A stretch of DNA of 64,000 nucleotides from Methanomassiliicoccales archaeon UBA280 (lineage in GTDB: Archaea > Thermoplasmatota > Thermoplasmata > SG8-5): assembly GCA_002499085.1 (NCBI GenBank), contig DAKD01000016.1:88880-152879 (forward strand). The letters are read 5' to 3'. Every line of letters begins with the position of its first letter. Within the stretch, counting starts at the first letter, position 1. This document shows, in pieces, positions 8,571 through 17,800 of the stretch. The notes beneath the pieces were generated by a model that was not told the origin of the DNA, made no database searches, and worked only from the letters and a program-made list of their open reading frames with translations. Both the position numbers and the translations under genes were made by a program.

Positions 8571-8766
8571 GTGATATTGAGATTATTGCCAGGGTCTAGG
8601 GTCTGCGTTTTCAAATTGGGATAAAGGGTCTAGGGTCTAGGGGGCTGGATTGGTCTGGACAAGCCAGCAAATGCGATTTGGAAGCACCCTATGACCCTAT
8701 CGCCGAATCAGAGATTCGGCTTAGTCGCGACACATGTGTCGCTCCTAGCCCCTATGACCCTAGCCC
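8571..8766. repeat. copy A of ~200-bp (GGGTCTA)n-armed palindromic repeat element
   Basis: gtgatattgaga...(GGGTCTA)2 GCGTTTTCAAATTGGGATAAA (GGGTCTA)2..CCAGCAAATGCGATTTGGAAGC then (CCCTATGA/CCCTAG)n. Near-identical to the copy at 49142. Arms are mutually inverted, with internal perfect palindromes gccgaatcagagattcggc and gcgacacatgtgtcgc. Confidence 0.6.
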
Positions 8767-8847
8767 CAAACATTCACCAAGAAGTTGACAGACTCTTTTC
8801 TGAGATAACTTATTTATCAAGCTGCGCATTGCCATGCAGGTGATTGC

Positions 8848-9105
8848 ATGGCAAAGGGTTATGTGCTTGTCAACGTGGAACCCGGAAAGGAGCTGGAGGC
8901 TCTGCGCGGTTTCAAGAGGGTGAAAGGCGTGAAAGAGGTGACGCCGCTTCTGGGCGACATCGACTTCCTCCTGTTTATAGAGGCCAAGGACACGAACATA
9001 ATCGCGGGCATTGTCATCGAACACGTCCGCAAGGTCATTGGCGTGGTAAGCACCAAGACACTTGTGGAGGACGAGTTCCTCAAGCATTTCGAGGATATAT
9101 GCTGA
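8848..9105 (+). CDS. stand-alone RAM (Lrp/AsnC C-terminal ligand-binding) domain protein
   Basis: 85-aa ORF MAKGYVLVNVEPGKELEALRGFKRVKGVKEVTPLLGDIDFLLFIEAKD matches the ~80-aa archaeal RAM-domain-only family. A perfect palindrome gccatgcaggtgattgcatggc overlaps the start codon. Confidence 0.6.
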   Translation: MAKGYVLVNVEPGKELEALRGFKRVKGVKEVTPLLGDIDFLLFIEAKDTNIIAGIVIEHVRKVIGVVSTKTLVEDEFLKHFEDIC

Positions 9106-9115
9106 GAGTGATAGG

Positions 9116-9748
9116 ATGAAACTGATACTGTTGGGACCACCGGGGGCAGGAAAAGGAACGCAGGCGCAATTTCTCGTCGAGAAATACGGCATACCGCAGA
9201 TAAGCACTGGCGACCTTCTGAGGAAAGCTGTTGCCGAAGGCACCGAGCTGGGCAAGATAGCCAAGAGTTACATGGATGCCGGCAAACTGGGACCGGACGA
9301 CCTCATACTCGCCATGATCAAGGAGAGGATAGAAAAGCCCGACTGCAAGAAAGGGTACATCCTTGACGGGTACCCGCGCAACCTGGCCCAGGCCGAGGCC
9401 ATGGAGAAGCTGGACCGCGTGGATGCCGTCATCAACCTGGTCCTGCCCATGAAGGAGCTGGTGAACAGGCTCACGTCCAGGAGGACTTGCCGAAAGTGCA
9501 ATGCCGTTTACAACCTGACAGCGAGGCCGCCCAAGGTCACGGGGAAATGCGACTCGTGCGGCGGAGAGCTTTACCAGAGGGACGACGACAACGAGAAGAC
9601 TGTCAGCAAGCGCCTTGACACATACACCGCGCAGACGGCCCCCCTGATTGAATATTACAGAAATAAGAACATTCTAAGGGACATAGACTCGACCAGGGGC
9701 ATGGAGAACACCCTTGCAAGCATAGTCAAGGTCATAGACTCTCTATGA
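9116..9748 (+). CDS. adk: adenylate kinase (bacterial-type, zinc-binding LID)
   Basis: P-loop GPPGAGKGTQA. LID with CRKC...CDSC zinc knuckle. Start set at the internal Met (MKLILLGPPG) rather than the longer ORF. Confidence 0.9.
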   Translation: MKLILLGPPGAGKGTQAQFLVEKYGIPQISTGDLLRKAVAEGTELGKIAKSYMDAGKLGPDDLILAMIKERIEKPDCKKGYILDGYPRNLAQAEAMEKLDRVDAVINLVLPMKELVNRLTSRRTCRKCNAVYNLTARPPKVTGKCDSCGGELYQRDDDNEKTVSKRLDTYTAQTAPLIEYYRNKNILRDIDSTRGMENTLASIVKVIDSL

Positions 9749-10857
9749 AACTCAAAGGCTCGATAGTCATCGCCTTCTCCGGCAGAAAATACCTGATGGT
9801 CAGGCACAGCCAACGCGCCTGGGAATTTCCCGGCGGCCGCATCGAGGGGGACGAATCCCCCCTGGAGACAGCCAAGCGCGAGTTCAGGGAGGAAACCGGT
9901 CTCAGGGGCGAAGATTGGAGGGACTGCGGCGTGGCCAGGCTGGAGAACGGGAACCTGGCATTGTTCAGATGCAGAGCCTCGGGCAAACCGGTTCCGGAAA
10001 CGGGGGAGATAGCCGAAGCCAGGTATTTCACCGCACCGCCGTTCAATCTCTCCTTCGAAAGGAGCGAGTATTTCGAACTCTTGGGCATGGCCGGCTGGCG
10101 CGCCAAACCGAAAACAGATTACGACACAGCCTCCAGGGAATTTGACTGCCTAAGGGGGAAGACCGCAGGCGACGAGATATGGGCCGGGGCCATAGCCAAA
10201 TGGGGGAAAGTCAACAAGTATGACAGGGTACTGGACATTGGATGCGGGACCGGCCGGCACTCGATAACCCTTGCGGAAACCTACGGGGCTGATGTTTGCG
10301 GCCTGGACTATTCGGGGGGCATGCTATCCAAGGCCAATGCCAAGCGCGGGGGCTGCTGGCTCAGGGCCGACGCCTCCACTCTCCCGGTGGCATCCGGCAC
10401 ATTCGACACGGCGCTGCTTATTCTGGTGCTCCAGCATGTGGACGACGAGCCTATGGCCATATCCGAGGCCAAGAGGGCGCTGCGGCCGGGGGGCAGGTTG
10501 CTGATAGCCACAGTCTCGCATTCGCGGATACGGCGTCACATCTCGAGACTTTTCCCAAGCCTTGTGAGGCTGGACACGGACAGGTTCATGTCGGTTCCGG
10601 AACTCAGATGGCATCTGGCAGACCATGGCTTCACAGGCATCAGGACCGGAATAATGAGGACAGACAAGAAAATCGAGCCTGTCGAAGGAATAGTCGAGAG
10701 GTTCAGGCGCAGGTTCATCTCCACACTGGCGCTTGTGCCGGAGAAGGATTTCGAAAGGAACATGGCGACATTCGAGAGAAGGCTCAGGAAGGAATACGGC
10801 GACTCGGTCGAGACGGATGTTGAGATAACCTTCATCGGGGCGCGCAAACAGGCCTAG
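9745..10857 (+). CDS. Nudix hydrolase fused to class I SAM-dependent methyltransferase
   Basis: Nudix box GGRIEGDESPLETAKREFREETGL. Methyltransferase motif I VLDIGCGTGRHS. Start overlaps the adk stop (ATGA). Confidence 0.75.
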   Translation: MKLKGSIVIAFSGRKYLMVRHSQRAWEFPGGRIEGDESPLETAKREFREETGLRGEDWRDCGVARLENGNLALFRCRASGKPVPETGEIAEARYFTAPPFNLSFERSEYFELLGMAGWRAKPKTDYDTASREFDCLRGKTAGDEIWAGAIAKWGKVNKYDRVLDIGCGTGRHSITLAETYGADVCGLDYSGGMLSKANAKRGGCWLRADASTLPVASGTFDTALLILVLQHVDDEPMAISEAKRALRPGGRLLIATVSHSRIRRHISRLFPSLVRLDTDRFMSVPELRWHLADHGFTGIRTGIMRTDKKIEPVEGIVERFRRRFISTLALVPEKDFERNMATFERRLRKEYGDSVETDVEITFIGARKQA

Positions 10858-11300
10858 ATATCCGGGCTGTCCCTCTTCCTCAGATAATGCATCCCCTCAT
10901 GCTCCTCGTAGCCCGCCTCTTTGAACAGCCTCAGGGATGCGTCATGGCCGTCCTCGATCAGAACCGCGAATATCCCCAGGCCCTTGGCCCTCAGGCGCCT
11001 CTCCATCTCCAGAACCATTGCCTTCCCGAACCCCTTGCCCTGATGTTCCGGAAGCACAGCCAACCTGTTGAGCCAGCCCTTCCGGCTCTCATGCGTGCCC
11101 ACAAGCACGCCCACGAGTTTGCCGTCCTCGAAACACCCGAGCCACATGTCCGGGTCCAGTGCCATCTGTCTCCCGACCTCGGCTCGGCTGTCCCGTCCTT
11201 TGGGCCTGTAGGGTAGCCCTGCCCTCTCCCAGACGCTGACAATCCCGTCATAATGTTCCGGCGCCAGCGTCCTCAGTCCCAGGGCATCACTCCCAGTCAA
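10854..11300 (-). CDS. GNAT family N-acetyltransferase
   Basis: Motif A WLNRLAVLPEHQGKGFGKAMV (Q/RxxGxG/A). Confidence 0.8.
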   Translation of the reverse strand: MTGSDALGLRTLAPEHYDGIVSVWERAGLPYRPKGRDSRAEVGRQMALDPDMWLGCFEDGKLVGVLVGTHESRKGWLNRLAVLPEHQGKGFGKAMVLEMERRLRAKGLGIFAVLIEDGHDASLRLFKEAGYEEHEGMHYLRKRDSPDI

Positions 11301-11823
11301 GAATGAATTCGTCGTAGGGGTCTCCGCGGATCTGGCTCTTGTTGCGCCTCACTGAGCCCTTGGTCCGGGTTATCTCCATCATGCCCTCGAAGGCTCCTTC
11401 CCAGGCCATGCCGGATTCCTCGATGAAATTGCAGTCCTTCATGATGACGACCGCTCTTTTTCCGAACTCGTCGCTGAGAATCGACACGTCTCCGAAGTTG
11501 AAAGTCTCTGTGTAATTGTCCTTCGCGCGCTTGAGGAGATGCTTGATGTTGACAAAACGGACAAGGTGGGCCAAGCTTCCCAGGTTCTTCACAGTGTGAT
11601 TTCCGCTCTTTCTGACGTACTCCGACCCTCTGGCGCTTATCCATTTCATGACCTTTTCGTCGGTCGCAAGCGGGTACATGGAATCGGGTTTCAGTTCCTC
11701 AGGTCTCAATCCAGTTTCCGAGAGGCATTGCTTGAGCCCGTCCTGTCCCCACTGATGCTTCACATAGTCAAGGTATCCCAGGATGACTCCGCCTTTCAGC
11801 TTGCGCTCTTTCATGCATGCCAC
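11287..11823 (-). CDS. hypothetical protein, V4R-domain-like (COG1719-like small-molecule binding)
   Basis: 178-aa ORF. C-terminal CNFIEESGMAWEGAFEGM resembles the V4R C-x-F..G motif. Otherwise unassigned. Confidence 0.4.
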   Translation of the reverse strand: MACMKERKLKGGVILGYLDYVKHQWGQDGLKQCLSETGLRPEELKPDSMYPLATDEKVMKWISARGSEYVRKSGNHTVKNLGSLAHLVRFVNIKHLLKRAKDNYTETFNFGDVSILSDEFGKRAVVIMKDCNFIEESGMAWEGAFEGMMEITRTKGSVRRNKSQIRGDPYDEFILDWE

Positions 11824-11842
11824 AACCGCGAATGGCTAGTTA

Positions 11843-14800
11843 TTACTTTCTCTTTCTGATGAACAGGGCCATCCCGATCATGATGACGGAGATTGCGAGA
11901 AGTGCAAGCAGATATCCGCTGCCGATTCCGTTCGGAACTGAGGCGACGCTCTCCCGCACCGGATCGTTCTGGTCCGGCACAGGCTCTGCAGCCTCGGTAT
12001 CCTCCGGGACTGGCGTCTCGGCAACAGGCTCCTCATCCGCGGGGATCTCATCATCCTGCGGGACAGTATATTGGATGGGGTGTGTCGGAACTTCCGGCAG
12101 AACGGCTGTAATGGTGTCTCCCTCGTCCTCATCCTCAGGTTCTTCCACTGGCTCCTCTACGACGGCAACAGGTTCTATCACAATGCCTGCGGTCGTGTAC
12201 TGGCCTTTCAGCGGGTAATTGTCCTGGGAACTCGCGTCTATCACATAGGGATTGTCAATCATTCCGTCAGCGCCGGGTATGTTCTGCAGGGGGCCGTTCT
12301 GTGTGTCCGGGCCTGTGAAGCCGCTCCAGTAGTTGCCGCCGGATGGGTAGCCGTCGTCCCATTGGTTGTCGTCCCTGTTGTCCAGGGCATGCACTCCGTT
12401 ATTGATGAAATTGTTGTGGAACACCTTGTTGGTCATGGAGCTATCCAGTATCACGCCGAAATCGTTGTTCTTGACCTGGTTGGCCTCTATCATGTTGCCT
12501 AAGGGAACCACTCGCACATTATCCACGCGGTGATGGTTGGTCGACCCGCCCGTGCCGGCAGAGAAGCTCATTCCGCCGTGGGTCATGTCGAGCTGGCCGC
12601 TCCATTCCAGCAACGGGTTGTCCATGTCGTCAACGTAGACCGTGACGCTCCAGGGCGTGACTATGACCATCACGTTGTGCCATGTGGCGTCCTCGGTCCT
12701 GGGGTCGTTAACATTTGTCAGATGATTGTTGACATTGTTCTGTATCAGCGCGATGTGGTTTGCGCTGGGGTCAGATGCGCCGTTGTCCCAGTTATCGAAC
12801 TCGATGGCATATCCCAGGGTTGTTTCGTCGGCATCCTGGGCGCCTATCGAACCGCCGCCGGCCGGGGTATAGGCCTCCTTGAAGAAGTTGAAGGCCATGC
12901 CATCAGCCCCGGTGCCGCCTCCGGCATAGAAGTCGAATGTGGCTATGAACGGCGTATGTATCGGTTCATTGTAGAGTATCTGGCCCACCAGGCTGCCGGC
13001 GTTGGTCGTAAGGCTGCAGTACCCGCCCACCCTTGCCGCGTTCCCGTAATAGGTCCAGAGCCCGGAATCGGCTGCGAAGTCGTCCTGGAAGGGCGCGAAG
13101 GTGTTGCCGGCAGCCAGTATGCCGGCGCCAACATTGTTCAGTATCTCATTGCCCTGTATGCGATTGCCTCCGGCATTGTTGAGCTGGATGCCATCACCGC
13201 AATTCCGGATGATGTTGTCATGTATCTCGCAGCCGGCCACGCCGTCCAGCAGTATGCCGACATCGTTGTTCTGGATGGTAAAGCCGTCTATGCTGACATA
13301 GTTAGCCCGGACATCGAATACAGAGGTTCTGGCCATGGGTGTTCCCATGGAGGATATCATGTTGATCCAAAGTTCGACGCCGTCCGCAATTCCGTCCGTG
13401 TCCGCATCCTGGCCGAACTGGCCGTCCAGGAAGCTCTTGAATATGGTTCTTCCGTCGTTGCCGGGCACGATTGCAGCCTCGCCGGCCGTGACGGCCGGTA
13501 CATGTCCGGCAATCGCGTCGAATCCGGCAAGCGGGTTAACCTTGCACGCGTATGTCCCGTAGCCGACGTCGGCCGGCGTTGTGAGCTGGGGCACTGACTC
13601 AGGGCTGTTGAACAGCGGGTTGGACGTGTCCCACCAGTACACGGGGTCGGGCGGACTTCCGTCATCACTGGCATAGGCGACTCCCATTGTTGTCCAGAAG
13701 GCATGGGATGTCCAACTCATCTCCCAGGTATTGAATATCACACGGCCACCGCCCGCAATGTATGTATCAAGCGCATTGAGAATAGTTGTCAGGTCCGTGT
13801 TATAATTTTCATGTCCGAATATCACGAGATCCCAGGGCCCGCCTCCGGTAAGGTCCGCCTCAAAGCCTGCGAAGTCGGAGTCGTAATGGGCGGTATAGGT
13901 CAATCCCAGGTTGTTCAGGGCCTGGTCCACGTAGGTGTTGGGTGCCGGATGGAAGGCGTCGTCCGCGTAAATCAGTATGTTGTTCAGCGGCACGCCCCCG
14001 GTTGCGTCAACGGTGCCATCCACTATGGTAGTGTCCCTGTCCAATCCGTGGATTGTGACAGCTTTGTCAACGACGACGTTCTCCTGGTAGGTATCCGGGT
14101 ATGCCCATAGCGTGTCGCCCGGGTCCGCGGCGTTAACTGCGGGCTGTATGGCCATGAACCATGTGTCCTGGTCGAGGTTGTGCACCCTGGCCGCTGTTGT
14201 CGTCAGGGTCATGGTATTGGAGACCCACGGTTCAAGTATGGATGTGACCGTGACGGTTACCGTGTCGCTCAGTCCAATAACGTCCGCCGGTATATCCACG
14301 GCCACAAAGAATGTATCGGTGTTTAAGGGGCCCTGTGGGCCGAGAGGGCTGATCAGTGTGTCCTGTGCAAAGACCGCCACATTATCGAAGTATATCCCGG
14401 TGTTGCCCCAGCTGTAAAGGGCTATGGCTCCGTGGTCCAGTGAACCGTCGTTCACGTCGAAAATAAGGTTGCCGTCAATCAGGACCTGTATGCGGTCGCC
14501 GAGCATTCTCATCTCAACATCGTACCATTGTGACAATGTATAAGGGATATTGTCCGAAGCCAGTACTTGCCAAACACCATCCACGCATACATCGAGGACC
14601 CTGCGCTGGAGCCCGGGCTCTGTCAGGTCCTTGTCCCAGCCAGCGTCCGCGCTCCAGTGGAACCGGTAATAATTGTGTGAATCAGTGTACCTCGCCATGA
14701 GCCCGATGCCGTCATTGTCGCTGGACATCAAGTCGGCCGTGAGAATGTAGTCTGACCATGCAGCGTTGCCGTTCCATAGATAGGTGCCGGGCAGCCATTG

Positions 14801-17800
14801 GCCGCTGTATGAATATATGTTATCTGTCTGCCGCAGCCGGCCCGCACCGTCGACGTACCAGTTGCTTGGCGGTCCGTCCGTCCATCCTTCGTCCACGACT
14901 GTCCAGCCGTTTCTGTTCAGGTCGTCGAAGTCATCCTTAAAGGCAGAAACCAATACTTCGGTGGGCCATGTGTTGCCTTCCAGGCTGACGGTGTATTCGT
15001 CGCAGTGCCTAGCGTAGTTCTCGACACTGATTTCATAAAGTGCGATGTCGCCCGGCCCTCTCATGTCGGACGTTGTCGGCGTCTGAAGCCCGAACCAGCT
15101 CTCGGGTGCCCCTATGAACACGTTGTCTATGTGCCAGTAATCGCTCCAAATCTCCCCGTTCACGGTCCTGAACCTCAGCTGGAACCTGGGGTTGAGCGCA
15201 TCCTCGGGCAGTGTCCACAGCGGCGTGAGTATCTCGCCGGGCGTTCCGCCTCCAGGGAATCTGCCAAGTTCATGCCACTGGGCCCATTGTAGGTTGCCAT
15301 CCGAATATTCGATTATCAGGTCCTCGCCGGCTTCCGGGTTGTCGCTGCCGAATGCAACGTCCCCTCTCCGGACGACGCAGCTGGCAATGCCATTGGGCAT
15401 GTCCATGTCGATCTTGATGGTTGTCGCGGAGTTGTCTTCGCCGCCAGTGTACAGTGAGAACGTTCCCGTGTAAGAGGTGCCTCCCCAGACGCCCACGTCG
15501 TCCGTGTCCGTTCTCTGCCAGGCGCCGTGAATCCATCCCAGCACAGGGTCGTTATAAAGCCCGAACTCGCCCTGGTTTCCGGCCAGCTCGAATGTATCGT
15601 AGAACGGAGCGGGCATCGAGAGCCTCGTCCATATCTCGATTTCCTTAACGACTGAGCCCAGATTATCCGAGGTGATAAAAATCCTGGCTTGGTCAAATGC
15701 CCCAATTTCGTTCGTTGGGACAAAGACTTTGATAGCATATTCCTTGGTCTCGCCCGGCTGGACAGGGCCCCACCACCAGGTCTGGCTGCCGTCGTCGATG
15801 CCGTTGTAAATGCCCTGCGGGCGCAGGTCGACGGTGAAGAATTTGGTCCACCAGTCCGCATTCTGCGATGTGTCCATATTGTTGTAGAACATAGGTAGGT
15901 AGACGTCAGGTATCGTGCCGGTGTTGGTGATGCTCACCCTGTGCTCGACCCATTCCCCTACCCAGCCGAAGTTGGTCTGGCTATCGGGGCTGACAGTGAA
16001 ATCGAATACGAGAGGGGAACCCAAGGACACGTCGTCAATGTACCATCCTCTAAAGCCATTGAAAATTTCGTCTCCAGTGTCGAAGTAAAAAGCGATATGC
16101 ACAATCTGGTTGCTGAACGGGGAAACATCAAAAGACCTCTGCTGCCAAGCGTTCATCGCATTTTCATTAAGCTGTTCTACTGGAACCCAACCCGTCGAAT
16201 CGGAATAAATGAAGACCCATCGCTGGTCAAACATAGGATACAACCCCTCGGTTTGATACCATTCCCAGAAGGATAGCGTGGTCGTGGATTGGCCAGTCAG
16301 GTCAACGGGTGGGGATATGATAACCCCCCAATTAGAATTGCCGTTGTCATAGTCGCCAGTTGCATCTTGGCCATACCACCAGCTCGTTGTCGGGCTGTGG
16401 CTGTTGGGATACGGACTCACTCCGTCCTGAACCATATGCCACATATCTCCCTCCACTGTCCAACCGGGTGACCCGCTCTCAAAGTTATCAAACCAACTTG
16501 GGATATATGTACATAACTGTACGGTATCGAGGACGGTATTATCCCCCCTCGATGACGCAGTGATATCCGCGACATCGAATTCGCCGGGCGATGCATCGGC
16601 TGGAATGTTGACCCTTACCGAGAAAAACGCAACATCGCCGAGAGCAAGCGGCCCGACAGATGTTATTGGGACCGACGTTTCTGTATAAGCAGTTACTTCG
16701 ACATTGTCAATCTGCCACCAGTAGCACCAGTTCCAGTCATCATAATAATAGAACTCTATAAACGCATCGCCCAGGCCTATCCATGGTGTCAGGTCCAGGG
16801 TGACATGCTCGTTCGGGCCGTGGTCTTCGTCGTAATAATCGAGCAGGTCCCAGGAACCGCCGCCGTCCCAGCAAATCCAGACCTCTGCATAATCCCAGCT
16901 TCCCCAATTCTCATCCAGGTAGTACTGGTCGAATTCCAGGGTTGCGCTGGCATACCCATCAAGGTTGAAGATGGGCGTACAAAGGCCGGCATCAACGCCG
17001 CCGCTCCAGGTCCAATCCCATGATAGGTAATCGCTATTGGCCTCGGTGCATTGTCCAGTACCGGCATCATTCGAATAACCTGTGTAATCGTTACTGTGCC
17101 ACTCCCCGCCTGGGTATCCCCATCCGAAGTAATCTACAGTAACCCAGCCGGGTGGCGGAAATGCCCCCTCGAACTGCTCGTTTATGAGCGATACACTCGA
17201 ACTGCTCCAGAACTCGACAGGCCATTCATTATTTTTAGCCGAAAGGTCGAAAGTGTCCGTGTTAATCCCATTGTTGGTGACGCTCAGATCGTAAGAAACC
17301 GTATTTCCGGGTAATCCAATATTTGACTCGAAATCCGGATTGATTTCCACAGCATAGGCTGGCGGTGGCGGTCCATAAAACAGTATGGACGTGCCCGAGA
17401 CAGGCGGTGGTGAACCCGAGCTGTAGTCCAGGCCGTCCGAGCTGATTTCATTTTCGATGCCCACGATTCCCCATGGATTTGTCATCGTCTGATAGTTGAA
17501 CATTATATCTCCATCCCCATATAAAACTGCCTGGAAGGTTTGGTATTCGCTCGTGCTGTAGTGGGGGATATCATACCAGGTGACCACGAACATGTCCGGG
17601 GTGCCAGGCATGCATTGATAATATACCTCTCCCCATGCACCTGGGTTTATATCACACGAATAAGGGGATATTATCCCTTGGTAGTTTACATCATCCGGAA
17701 TTGGGACATCCTGGAACCATGAATCTGCGTCCACGAAACTTATCCAGCCGTTCGACATGATGTACACATTATCGTAAATTTTCCCATAATAGTTAAAACT

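Noticed and set aside
8590-8650. GGGTCTA tandem heptads considered as a CRISPR array or telomere-like repeat
   Set aside because: No repeat-spacer periodicity (units are contiguous 7-mers, 2-4 copies only). No cas genes nearby: the Cas4-like gene is 36 kb away and looks non-CRISPR. Organisation fits inverted-arm repeat elements instead.
12530-13597. 355-aa plus-strand ORF, and many similar 60-250-aa ORFs such as 13703-14110, 28116-28859, 31020-31676 and 24204-24758, lying antisense to or out of frame within the giant genes
   Set aside because: Spurious ORFs expected in 60+% GC DNA. They lie entirely inside long, motif-rich coding sequence on the other strand, have Arg/Ala/Gly/Pro-rich composition and no recognisable motifs.
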